From contig JARFYF010000050.1 of the NCBI GenBank assembly GCA_030265395.1, positions 16,065,634 through 16,129,633 on the forward strand: 64,000 bases of DNA, written 5' to 3'. Made by a program: the position numbers and the translations under genes. The DNA is from Rhina ancylostomus (lineage: Eukaryota). Positions 12,801-24,865 of this stretch are shown here, in pieces; the stretch's first letter is position 1, and each line of letters begins with the position of its first letter. The notes below the pieces were generated by a model. The model ran no database searches, was not told the origin of the DNA, and saw nothing but the letters and a program-made list of their open reading frames with translations.

Positions 12801-14256
12801 GATTTGCCCAAGGATGAGGGGATAGTGTTTTCCTTACACTTGTTGGGAAGCTGGTCAAAGGGAAAAGGTTCAAGGATTTGAAAAAAACATTGAGAATCTT
12901 CTTCAGGAACAAAGAACTTGCCATTGCTGAAGATTAGTTCAGAGAATATCAAGACTGAAGAGCAACAATGAAGCCATTTAATTTATTGGTAGAATACTGG
13001 GACATGTAGTCAAGGTGATGATGATGTCAACTAAAAAGTGGGAATACGAAAGTATGAATGAAACACGAGGACAGACTATGTTGGGGATCCATCTAGGGAA
13101 CATGAGGTGAGCTATAAATGGGACTATTTATCCAAAACTTTGGAATGTATTTCGCTGAGTAATTCACATGAAATATGTGTAGTTTGGCGAGACAGAAATG
13201 AGTGCAAAAACTTGTATTGGACTTGTCCAGATCAACCAGACTGGAGTGATAATTACTGAGAACTGTTAGCTGTATGGGAAAAAGGATCTACACAAGAGTT
13301 AGTCAAGGTTGGACAGCAAGACATTAAACATCAAAATTCACATAAAGCATCTGTTAAAAACATGTTGATGTCCTACATCAGGTTATTGGTGAACATGGAA
13401 CTTCTGAAAGGGATCAAACAATTAGAAATGGAATCGAACATGTTGCATTAGGAATATATGGAGGCTGGTTCAGAGTCTAGTATAGGAGCTAGAACAGTCC
13501 AAAGTGATAGATGCTGAAATATCTCCGGTGCTCTCTGCTCACAATGCCATCATTCCAGCATGGCAGACCTAGCTTTGAAACATTTTGGCAAAGATGGTGG
13601 GGTTCAAAGAGATTTCTAAAGGGAAGCAGAGACAGTCCATAGATAAATCACCAATGGAAAGCAGTGAAGAGAGGCAGCACAGGGACAACAGAATCCAATG
13701 ATAAGAGTACGAATAAGAGGGTTTTACAACTTTGAAAAAGGATTAAGGACTACATGATTTCTTCAACAAAGGTCCCAAGGAATATCTACACCTGTCAGTG
13801 AATATGAAAGTAACGATAATCGGGCATGTGATCTATGGGAAGAACCCAAGGGAGTGGCTCCATAGAACAGGAGACAAATCAGAGTAAAGCTGAAGCACAG
13901 AATCCAAGCAATGCCACAAGAGATTCTGGGAGATGAACTACCAACATCACCAGCATCCAGAGCAGACCTGTGGGAAGTGCCAATCATGCCTACACGGTTG
14001 AGGAGATCTTAGAAGTTTAGGAAATCTGGAAAATATTTAGATTTGTCACATTTGGGCATGTATTTAAGTTCTTGAAAGAAATTAAACTATAAGTTCCTAA
14101 CTGACATGTGTTAACTACCTAGTGTGCTTAATTTCTTAAGGTAAATACATCCTTTACGTCCGTAGTTTAAATTTTTTCTCTTAAAGGAGAAAATAATTTA
14201 GCAGGAGTATGCCAGTTTGTGACTTAAGTTTATTGTGTCTAGTACAACTGTTTCTT
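9802..14256 (+). mobile_element. Decayed Gypsy/Ty3 LTR retrotransposon (5' LTR about 9802-10030, PBS, gag, pol relics, PPT, truncated 3' LTR about 14210-14256)
   Basis: The LTR starts resemble each other: agtttgtggctcatgtatattggctgtcaagtgcaattgttt (9805) and agtttgtgacttaagtttattgtgtctagtacaactgttt (14214). PBS-like tggcaacac at 10032. Gag remnants MAE..GYIEKL, DMFFKANNI, LRDLVRHCN and AMEMALKNA. Purine-rich tract before 14210. Confidence 0.7.
10818..11790 (-). mobile_element. Non-LTR LINE reverse-transcriptase fragment nested in the Gypsy gag
   Basis: ORF 11117..11371 (VGDQSSQPQDIIAGDSQGSDLGPVTFSCFINEVP) is a decayed GVPQGSVLGP..F..FINDLP RT motif. Confidence 0.8.
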
Positions 14257-14289
14257 TAAGGTTGTGGGGTCCCCGAACACTATTTGGTA

Positions 14290-14490
14290 GAGCAGGGGCG
14301 AAGTCCTGGCAATGCTTATTCCTCAAGTGAATCACAAAAGGAATTAGCTGATGACTATTTCATGACTGTTTCTGGGAGTTTCCTGGGTGCAAAATAACTG
14401 CTGTATTTCCTATGTGACTCCACTTCCAAAGTATTTAATTAGTAATAAACTACAACGAGATATCCTGAAATTGACAAGGCAAATCTTTCA
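14290..14490 (+). mobile_element. Deu-domain SINE 3' fragment
   Basis: agagcaggggcgaagtcctggcaatgcttattcctcaa..ctgctgtatttcctatgtgactccacttccaaagta parallels 8050-8290. Confidence 0.6.
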
Positions 14491-14769
14491 TTACAGGGAG
14501 GTGATGCTGTGATGCACAAGACAGTAGTGAATTTGAAAAAAATGATGGACCGGGTGTGGACTTCTTGTTTACATATCTCTTTCATAGAGATTGTCCACAT
14601 TTTAAGTGTTCCCAGCAGGACCCCTGTTTGTGCTTCCTTTAAAACAATACCCAGTCAATAATCCTGCAAAAGCATCTTTCATTGAAAAACTTACAGTTCT
14701 CTATACTGCATGAAATGTGTCAGAGAGAAAGAGTTTAGAATGGGGCATGCAGTTATCGTGAAGAACCCA

Positions 14770-15190
14770 TTAATAAGGAACGGAAGTGTAAAGTTCCAGG
14801 GATATTCGAGGANNNNNNNNNNNNNNNNNNNNNNNNNNNNNNNNNNNNNNNNNNNNNNNNNNNNNNNNNNNNNNNNNNNNNNNNNNNNNNNNNNNNNNNN
14901 NNNNNNNNNNNNCAGGGATATTCGAGGAAGTTACTTTTAAGATGTGCTGCATTTAGCATGTGTGCGAAACGTAATCAGTATATTGTACACTCAAAATCGA
15001 CCAGTAGAGCCCGCCCCCTTATGCAAAGCAAGGGGATCGACAGAGAGCAAAGTGACTACACAAAGGTCAGAGGCGGAAACAGTTATTTCTATGGTTAACC
15101 AACTGTGATAAATTTTAATCAAGTGCAGCTGTGGATGTTTAATGAACCGTTACTCGTCGCTCCCCTAAAGTTTACATTGCCCACCGGGAC
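14770..15190. promoter_or_regulatory. CpG-enriched promoter-like patch
   Basis: Local CpG excess. ETS motif CGGAAGTG (14781), GC box GCCCGCCCC (15009), octamer-like ATGCAAAG (15021), CAAAGGTCA (15061), GCGGAA (15073). Confidence 0.4.
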
Positions 15191-18100
15191 TAACAGTCTG
15201 TCATAATCATAAAATAATAACAGCATAAAACCAGAATAAATGCCATCTTGCTCTCTGAGGATATTGCTGACAGTTTTACGCCAAAAATACAAGGATATAT
15301 ATATATATCAAACAGACTTATTGTTGTTAAAGGGAACTGACTTAAGAACTATACTATTGTGTAGCTCATTTATCTAATTTTACTCTCTGACTTCAAACAT
15401 TAGAAATATGCATGCTGATACTACTGGGCTTCATGTGAAAGAAAAGGGACTTTGAAACTGTAGCAAAGACCTTCAGTAGTTAATCGTTGAAGCACACTCT
15501 AATGAGACCAAATGTATTTTATGAGAGATAAAAACCAAGTATAATTTCACCGTACAGTATGTTAATCAAACACCCTGCTGAAAGGAGCAAAAAACTAGAT
15601 ATAAAATAAGATCACTGGTGATCTATGTACTAAGGTCATTGTGAGGATAAAGCCAAAGGTTAAAAGAATTTACAATATTCATTTTTTAATAGGAGACTGA
15701 GAGGCCTTTTATTTGCTTTTGTCAATTGCCTCCTGATCTATTGGAGGTATGAAACTAAATCTGTGATGGGCAGATGGTTGAAATCAAAGCGATACATGTT
15801 TTAGTCATTTTGAAGACCACAGTGTTTAATGTTTGGTTGTATTTTCTTTGAGGTAACCTCTATAATGTGCATCACTGACTGGAGATTAAATTGTTTAATA
15901 TCTTTCTCTTGCCACATATATAACAGCTGTACATGACATAAATATGTTGACTAACAAGTAAAGGATGGGTCAGTGAGAACATCACCAACTAACTACAGCT
16001 CTGAGTTGAGACTTGATTCCAGGAATCATGGTTAAATCACTAAAGGAGCCAAGTCAGCAATTGTTTGTTGGCTCCCACATCCAATCAACAGTGTTTGTGT
16101 AGGGGACATTGATCATTTGAAAGTACTTTAGTTTGAGAGAGGGGTGCATATGCCAAATTGCCAGTCTTCCCTCCAGTAATGATGCCCTCAGATATAAAAG
16201 GAGATCTGATAGCATCAAAGGGTCAGATTTTTGCATCTTGAAAACCTATTTATTTGTTATATTGTATTAGAGAAAAAATATACTCTACATAGTCAAAAAT
16301 TAAAGCAAAAGTCTAAAATTATTTACCTATGTGGCAACTCTTTCAGATGTATGTTTGTCAGTCTGAATCATAAAAGCTGATTAAATACCCTGTCTCTAAA
16401 GACAAATTTTATGCAAAACGACTGAAGACAAATTCTTCTCAAATCAGACCAATGGTTGTTTGACAATGATTTTCCTAACTCATCCATTTCTTGTTAGTCA
16501 GAAACATGCTGATAGCATGTATGGCCAGTCAGGTTGACAAGGTGAAGTTGTGATCTTAGCTGCAGCATCAAGGGAAGTGTAAAGCACAGCAGAACTCAGG
16601 CACTGCTCCAAAGAGGGAATAAACTTCTGGAGGACCATCATAATGGTCCATCCTCTTGAGCAGCTTAAAGGGCACAGACAATGCCAAGGGTAGGTCCTCA
16701 TTTGGATGTGATGTTAGGATAGCTTGAACTTCAACATACACATAAAATGGAGATGTTTTATCTTGCTCCAATACATTTGAGATAGGTACATCCTTCTTAG
16801 CGAGTTCAGATTCTTTGTCCATTCATCCCTGGGCAGATTAAAACCAATGGGTTTAACGGTAGGATGTGTGATGAGGTGTGAGTGATTTGTTCCAGCTCAT
16901 TTTCAAGAATTTTAAACAGAGAAGCCATTACTAGAGATACCACAAGTTACCTGGTTTCAACTGCTTTGCACGAATGTTGTTAAGTTACTGGTAGATTGGC
17001 AGGTTGGGGTTAGTTTCTATCTGTTGAGGTTTTTGTTTTGTGGCCACTTTGTTCCTGATTCGTGGTGAAGCAATATTCAAAGTTTCTGGTAGCAGAAGCA
17101 ATGGTGTTGACTCAAGCAATGGAGAAGGAAGCTGGCACCCTGAAAGGAATCATCTAACTGATAACCTGCAGGAAGTGCCAACAAATCAGCCCCTTTAAAT
17201 CAAGAAACGCTCGCAGTCAATAAAAAAAATAAAAGCTTGATAGGCATCTTCAGATAAGGCATCATCTCAACTGGTTCACTGTAGAAATGCAGTTAACCAA
17301 AGACATGCTTGATGACTGCTTCCCTGCCTGTGAACCACAGTCTAATGGTGCTGGTTGATCCGAGCTCTGCCTTGAAGCAGACATGACTTATTCTGTTTGT
17401 ACTGCTCCCCACAGAAATTTGTTCTTGACAATAACATAGGTAAGAGATACTAAGACAGCTTCAAAATCCAGAATGTGCAAATTAGGTCATGGTGATGCCA
17501 TCCAGTTTCTTTTCCCTGTTGCCAGACAACTGTAGCCCTGTTGGGACAAAAATTCAACAGTGACTCAACAGTCTACCAGCTAAGATTTAAGCACACGACA
17601 CATGAGTTCCCAACCATGGTCTTACTGTTGTGAATGTGTTTTGAAATGTCACACCAAATCTCTGGAATTGAAAATGTTTTGTAACCATCCAGCAGTTCTG
17701 GATGTAGATTAGAAATAGCTATTACTGTCACAATGTTGATCTGAGCAAACTCACAGAGAACCCAAATGCGGCACACTGATACAAGACTGGAGTCAGGATN
17801 NNNNNNNNNNNNNNNNNNNNNNNNNNNNNNNNNNNNNNNNNNNNNNNNNNNNNNNNNNNNNNNNNNNNNNNNNNNNNNNNNNNNNNNNNNNNNNNNNNNT
17901 CTGTGGGTGCTGACTGAAGCCAACGCAGTCTGTAGAGGTTGTCTCCTGTTTGTCACTGGGACAGATCTCTGCTGAGGTTAGCTGGGGGAGGGTGTGGGGA
18001 GGGGGAGCTTAAAGAAAACAGACTCAGACCATGCATACAGAACATGTTTCCTCCAACCTTGAATCCTTGGTTGATTACCTCTGTTGTAAGCATGTTTTGT

Positions 18101-18399
18101 TGGTTAGTGCCTTGAGACTCCCATGTAACTGTGCCATGGCGCAGTAGGGAACGCAGTATTCCACAAGGTGAAGCTATGCCACCAAGGGAGGTGCAAAGCA
18201 GAGCAGAGTTCAGATACTGCTTTAGAGAGGGAAACAACATCAGAGGGTTGGTCACAATGGGGACCCCCTCTTGAAGATCTCAAAGGACATTGGCAGTGCC
18301 AAGGGCATGTCCTCATCCAGCTGGTGTGTGTGTTGTTAGTCTGAAAAAGCAAGGAGAAAAGATGTGAGCAATTTGCATTATCCATCAAACCGTTTATCA

Positions 18400-18490
18400 T
18401 TATTCATGGAATGTGAACATTACTGGCGGAGCCAGCATTTGTTTCCATTACAATTGCCCCTAAATTGAGGGGGCAGTCAAGCATAAAGCA
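18400..18490 (-). mobile_element. 3' tail of a tRNA-derived SINE, split from 19865-20090 by a CR1 insertion
   Basis: ttattcatggaatgtgaacattactgg..ccagcatttgtt..aattgcccct..gagggggcagtcaag. Confidence 0.5.
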
Positions 18491-18499
18491 CATGGAATA

Positions 18500-19862
18500 A
18501 AAGAATCATAAGAGTCAGACAGCATGGAAACAGGCCATTTGGCCCACCATATCCATGCTAACCAGTGGGCATCCATCTGTATTAAACCCACCTTCCAGCA
18601 CTTGGCCTAAATTCTTCAATGTTTCGGTGATTCAAGTGCTCATCTAGACACCTCTTAAATGTTGTGAATAAATTTGCTTCCACCACAGTGCACTCCAGGT
18701 ACTCTCTAAATGAAAAGGCCTTTCTCAAAAGCCCTCTAAATTAGTTACTCGAAACCTATGTCTTCTAGTATTATTCATCTCTGATAACGGGAAAAGTTTC
18801 CTGCAGCCTACCCCATCTGTATTCCTCATAATTTTATATACCCTAATCAGGTCCCTTCTTAACCTCCTCCGCTCCAGGGAAAACAGACCCAGCCTCTCCA
18901 ATCTTTCCTCATAACTGATGCTCCATCCCATGCACCATACTGGTCAATCTCCTCTGCAACTTCTCCTGTGCTGTTACATCCTTCCTACAGTGTGGTTACC
19001 AGAACTGCACACAGTACTCCAGTTGAGGTCCACACAATGTTTATAAAGTTGGAGCAAAACCTTTCTGTTCTTGTATTCAGTACCCCGACTAATGAAAGCA
19101 TCCCAGACACCTTCTTAATCACATTATCTACCTGCACTGCCATCTTCAAGGATCTTTGGATTTGCACACCAAGATCGCTCTGTTCCTCAACAATCCCAAG
19201 GAATTTACCAGTCCTGGTGTATGTCTAAGCCTCATTAGTTCACTTCACATTTCACACTTCAATATCACCCCATAATGACACCTCACATTGTCAACAACTC
19301 CACCAATCTTAGTGTCATCTGTGAACTTACTGATCATGCCACCCACATCCACATCCAAATCATTCATGTATGTTACAAATAGCAAGGGTCCCATCACTGA
19401 TCCCTGTAGAACACCACCGGTCACAAGCATCCAATCACAAAAACAATCCTCTACCATCATTCTCTGACTCCTATTACCAAGCCACTTTTGGATCCAATTT
19501 GTCAACTTTCCCTGGATCCCACGTACTCTAACAATTTTGAAATATTTGGAATTATAGTCACCATCTCCAAAATGTTCCCCCACTGACACTCCCGCCACCT
19601 GACTGATTATGTTCCCAAGACATTCTCAAGTAATGCCCTTTCCCTCATTTCTATCTATATACTATGTCAAAAATTTCTCCTGGATACACCTAAAAATATT
19701 CCGCCCCCTAAGGCAATCCCAGTTAATATTTGGGAAATTGAAACTCCCTTGTACTTTAACCCTATTTTTATCATATCTCTGTTATTTTGCCTACTTACCT
19801 GTTCTTCCATCTCCTGTTGATTGTTTGGAGGTCTGTAATACAGCCCCAGCAATGTGACAACA
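18500..19862 (-). mobile_element. CR1 LINE, internally deleted ORF2 (endonuclease, RT and C-terminal pieces)
   Basis: ORF pieces LGLYYRPPN, WIQKWLGNRSQR..GVLQGSVMGPLLFVTYMNDLD..ISKFTDDTKIGG and SYEERLERLGLFSLERRRLRRDLI. The 3' tail is at about 18510. Confidence 0.92.
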
Positions 19863-19864
19863 CC

Positions 19865-20090
19865 CCAGTGGGTCTAGAATTGCTTGGCCAGACTGGTTAT
19901 GGTCAGCAGATTTTCTTCCCTGAAGCACATTTGTGAACCAGATGCATTTTTGTAATGGTTTAGTAGTTTCATGGCAGCTTTTTTAATTACATAATTATTT
20001 GAATTTAGATTCCCCAGACTCTGAGAAGGGAATCAAACTCACATCTTGGATGCTAGTCTGGTTGTAGCTACTGTTCTACTCCACTCACTA
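19865..20090 (-). mobile_element. Body and head of the tRNA-derived SINE split by CR1
   Basis: gtgggtctag..ggccagactggtta..gcagattttcttccctgaagcacatttgtgaaccagatg..gggaatcaaactc (antisense B-box-like). Confidence 0.5.
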
Positions 20091-20534
20091 TGACCTGAAG
20101 ACACCAGTTAAAGACTTGCCAAAATCATCTTTGTATTCTTCAGTTTCACAGCTGGGACTTTAGAAAAAATAACGGCCAGTGAGACTCAGACATGGAGCGT
20201 CAGGTCAGGCTGGTCTCTCAGCAGTGAGTTGGAAAGGTTGTGGCTATAAACCCCACCCTGGAGATTGGGTTTTGTTTTCCAGCAGGAACAACAGAACTGC
20301 AGATCTCTAAGTAAATGGTAAGATATTAGGTTTTGGGAAGGTCCAGCACAAACCACATTGAACCTTTTGAGATCACAGGAAGGTTCCTCATAAACACAGC
20401 TACCATCATGGAAACTGAGAACATTTGAGTGTAGCAAAGAAGGAAATCCCTTACATCCAGGCTGCAGGGTCCTGTAGATCTCTTTCATGGTACTGAATAG
20501 ATCAAGAGATGTGAACATCTTGCTGCATTGTAAA

Positions 20535-21235
20535 CTATCACAATCAGGTTTATTATCACTGACATATGTCATGAAATTTGTCGTTTTATGGCAGCAGTAC
20601 AGTGTCAGACATAAAGACATAAGAAGTATTATNNNNNNNNNNNNNNNNNNNNNNNNNNNNNNNNNNNNNNNNNNNNNNNNNNNNNNNNNNNNNNNNNNNN
20701 NNNNNNNNNNNNNNNNNNNNNNNNNNNNNNNNAAGTTACAAAAATAAATAAATAGTGCAAAAGAGGAATAACGAGGTAGTGTTCATGGGTTCATGGACCA
20801 TTCAGAAATATAATGGCAGAGGGGAAGGAGCTGTTCCTGAAACATTGAGTGTGGGTCTTCAGGCTTCTCTACCACCTCCCTGATGGTAGCATCACCTCTT
20901 GAAGATGTCCTCGATGGCGGGGAGGGTTGTGTCTGTGATGGAGTTGGCTGAGTCTACAACCTCTGCAGCATCTATTGATCCTGCACATTGGAGCCTCAGA
21001 TTGTTCTCGAAGGCAGACATTTGTCCACACAGGTTTTGATGAAGTCGGTGACAGCCGTGGCATATTCATTCAGATCCGAAGAAGAATCCCTGAACATGGT
21101 CCAGTCCGCCAATTCAAAGCAGTCCTGTAAATGGTCCTCCGTTTCCCTTGACCGTACCTTTGCAGTCCTCACCACTGGCGCTGTGGTCCTCAGTCTCTTC
21201 CTATATGTCAGGGGTAGAAGTACAGCCAGGTGATC
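20535..21235 (-). mobile_element. Rex1/Babar-type LINE, internally deleted
   Basis: 3' end signature aatcaggtttattatcactgacatatgtcatgaaatttg. ORF DHLAVLLPLTYRKRL..LQDCFELADWTMFRDSSSDLNEYATAVTDFIKTCVDKCLP is a Rex1 EN-RT linker. Confidence 0.85.
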
Positions 21236-21889
21236 TACAAAAACATCTTTCAGTACATATTTTATCACTCTGACTGCATTCTTTGACACATCCTTGTTCA
21301 ATGTAGGTGGGAAAATGTTGAACACATCACAGACTTCAAAAATGTTATTGGCCAGGCTTGAGGACAGATACCCAGTTTAGAATCCCTGCTTTCTGACAGC
21401 CTGGGGAGGGACTCAGATAAGAACTGGGAAGTGGGGATGATCCAAGGTTGGATAGTTCACTTGGTGTCAAAACTGAATGTTCCTGGGGCAGGGTGCATAT
21501 TGCATCTTACCTTTTATTCAGGATTGAGGTTAAAACTTGACCTATTTTCAAGGTTTAACTTTGATTTATGGATAATATTAATTTCAAACAGACTTTTCCC
21601 AATGGAAATTGCTCTCAGTGAAGCAGCTTGGAGACAAAAAAAGGCACCAGCAACAATGCCTTTGTTTCTTCATCTCAACCGTGAATGGAAAACATTCTGA
21701 ACTCAGCACCGTTTCTTCAGTGACTGGCATGCCAGGGGCTTCATCAGTTCCTTCCCTGTAGTGTTGCCCATCAGTTTCATGAATCAACATGAACGATGGC
21801 ATTCTGGAAAGTAGGTGAACTGTCTACGGGTGATGACGGTGATACATACTCAGAAAGTATTGACTGAAGAGAGAAAGGAAAATAGAAGT

Positions 21890-22570
21890 TTGAATCAGAA
21901 AAAGTCCATTTGCTCCATTTCAGTGAGAGCTCTTTAAATGGAACTATCCACTCTGAATTTCTTTGATGTGTTTCTCCATGGTTTTTACATACTTCCTTTA
22001 AATTATGCCTGTCTTAATGGTTAAATTTGTCCATGTTCCAGCTTGTCTGTACATATTCAGGGATAATGCTCTCAGTATGGCAATCTGTAGAAACCAATAT
22101 TTCCCCTTTAATTCCTTTGCTTATTTTTGATACCTTTATCACCACTACCATTATCCATTTCTGGTCCAGTAACATATTTCTGAGGCTTCATTCATAATGA
22201 CTTATTCCAAGGAAGTTTCTGATAAATTACTGCTGTACTCTTCCCTTGTTTGCTAAATCTTTCACTTAATCCTTGCTTAGATCTGTTTACAATATTCCCA
22301 TAATGGTATAGCCAATGGCCATCTTGTCCAACTATCACTTCCTGGTATTCATATGTATTACTCTATGTACTTGGATTATTTTAATGGCCTTTTTTACTGC
22401 CATGACCAACATTATTGATCTACAAGGGTGACTTATAATGGAAAAGTGTGTAAAGATCAGTTGACCCATAAACAGCATACACCTCTTAAATACCTCTGCC
22501 TTCTATCAGTGAAGCATCTCTATGTCAGAGCCATTCTTGTCTTCACTACCTTGGAAATTACTAGGGAAAG
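21890..22570 (-). mobile_element. Very old CR1/L2-like LINE relic
   Basis: Faint antisense 3' ORF2 features (tactgctgtactcttc, tattcatatgtattactct, attttaatggcctttttt). Confidence 0.3.
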
Positions 22571-22809
22571 CAGAATTCCTATCCAATGGATACACTGACC
22601 AATTTTCATTCATTACAAAGTAAGGTTAAAAAAAAACATTGTGACAGTGTGCTCCTCTCAGCCAATGCCCAGGGGACTGATGGGAATTACCCCATCTATA
22701 TCTAAGTTATTTATAAAAATGGAAAACTGAAGGGCTCCAGTGCAGATGAAGAGACATCCCATTTCCAATACCCCACCCGAATAAAAGATGAGCATCTAAC
22801 AACGATTCC

Positions 22810-23140
22810 AAGGATTGAGTAAAAATAACCGAGGGTGACACTGCAGTGAAGTACAGAAGCAGTGTTCCACTGCTGGAGGTGCTGTTTTTCAGATGAAACA
22901 TCAAAGACATCAAAGTGTTGTTTTGTCTGTTCTCTTGGGGGGTGGGGGGGCGGCGCAGGGGTGTGAACAATCCCTAAGAATTTATCCCCCATTTACTATC
23001 ACCATATTGTTCCTTGTTGGAACCTACGGTGGGCAAATTAGTTGATCAATTTTCCTACTTGCAGTGATGACTGCACATCAAAGTGAAGTGCTTTGCAGCT
23101 CTTGAAAGAATGTCAAGGATGCTTCATAATTAAAAGTATT
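22810..23140 (+). mobile_element. Deu-domain SINE fragment
   Basis: actgcagtgaagtacagaagcagtgttccactgctggaggtgctgtttttcagatgaaacatcaaa..tttcctacttgcagtgatgactgcacatcaaag. Confidence 0.65.
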
Positions 23141-24249
23141 TATTTCAGTCAAGCATCGGCATTGCCGTGGTGGACTGAAGGGCCTGATTCTGTGCTGTAC
23201 AACTCCATGACTCTCTGACTGTGACATTAATATGCTGAATGATGTGGAGATAAGCAATTTCACTATCTGGATGTAAATTGTTCCTTCCAGTATATTTTAC
23301 TTCATGAAACTAAAATAGTACAATCCTTGTTCAGATTAATCAGTTTCCCAAAAATTAAGAGGGTGAATAGCTTTGCAATAATACATCTGGACTGTATATT
23401 TGACATTTCCAGGTTATGATGTATTCAAATTGAATAAATTGAATCCTCTTCTTTTGTTTCTATATATTGAATGAAAATTTTCATCAAAATATGTTGGCAT
23501 TTAGGGATACCCTTTAGGCTTCTCATTTGAAAGGGGCAACAAGCAAAGTAACTGTAATCTCATTTTAAATAAAAATTACTTTGTTCTTTAAGAATACAAT
23601 AACCTTCCACTCCACCATCAACAGACTTCTGAAAGACTTTTTGTAAACCAGGAGTCATATTTTTTTTGATTAATGGTAGATTAAAAAATAGTCCACCTTG
23701 AAAAGCTTGAGTGCTAATCTAACAAGGAAGGGACTCTGGACTGCAATGATGAATGTACCAAGTCACAGTGCAGTTTCTTGGGGTTTGTGGCCTCATCTCT
23801 GGTGACTGCACAGAGGAGAACCTGCACGGGTGGAGGGGGGTGAATTTAGTCACATTCAAGGTTACTACATTTGGCTACAAGACCTGAATTTATGTAGCAC
23901 CTTATGCAAACCCAAATTGCTTTACAGCAATGCTCTACTTTTTAATTGTACTGTAGGAAATACATTACAACAANNNNNNNNNNNNNNNNNNNNNNNNNNN
24001 NNNNNNNNNNNNNNNNNNNNNNNNNNNNNNNNNNNNNNNNNNNNNNNNNNNNNNNNNNNNNNNNNNNNNNNNNACCCAAATTGCTTTACAGCAATTCTCT
24101 ACTTTTTAATTTTACTGTAGGAAATACATTACAACAATTTAAAACAAACTCCTTTGCTGTTCTTCAAAATAAGCCACGAGATCTGAGGCCAGACAGCATA
24201 TCAATTTAATAACTGATGTGAAGACGTAGTTCACTGACAGCAGCAGAGC

Positions 24250-24865
24250 ATGTTGGGAGAGTGGTTAAAAGGTGTATTAGATTCTGGGCTTTATAAATTG
24301 AGGCATAGAGTGCAAGAGCTAGAAAGTCATGATGAAACTTTATAAAGCTTTGGTTTGGCCACAGATGGAATATTGTGCTCAGTTCAGGGACTCAGACTTT
24401 AGGATAGATGTGAAGGTTTTGGAGAGGGTGGAGAAGAGATTTACCAAAATTATTCCAGGAATGAAGGACCAGTGTGGATTGGAGATGGTGGTGTACTCCC
24501 TGGAACAGGGGAGGTTCTGAGGAAATTTGATAGAGGTATTTAAAATCATGAAGGGTATAGACAGAGAGGAGAGAGAGAGTGTGGTCCCATTGGAGGAAGG
24601 GTCAGAACTAGGGAACACAGAATGAAGTTGATGGGTGGAAGAACCAAAAATGAAAGGAGAAACATTTTTTCCCCACACAGTGAGTGTTTAGAGTCTGGAA
24701 TACAGCACTGGAGGCAGATTTGACTGTAGTGTTCATAGGGTTGCTGGATAAGCACCTGAAAGGAAAGAATTTTCAGGGCTATAGAGAATGGAGCTAGCTG
24801 GACTGCTTTTACATAAAGCCAGGACAGATTCATCTGGCTGACTGGTTTCTTTCTGTGCTGTAAGC
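24250..24865 (+). mobile_element. CR1 LINE 3' fragment
   Basis: MMKLYKALVWPQMEYCAQF..DVKVLERVEKRFTKIIPGMK is the CR1 ORF2 post-RT motif; the 3' tail follows. Confidence 0.88.

Noticed and set aside
14797-14928. Direct repeat cagggatattcgagga on both sides of a 100-N gap
   Set aside because: Most likely an unmerged contig overlap (assembly artefact).
23908-24137. Near-identical repeat of about 65 nt flanking a gap
   Set aside because: Probably a haplotype or contig overlap at a 100-N gap; cannot be distinguished from a true tandem copy.
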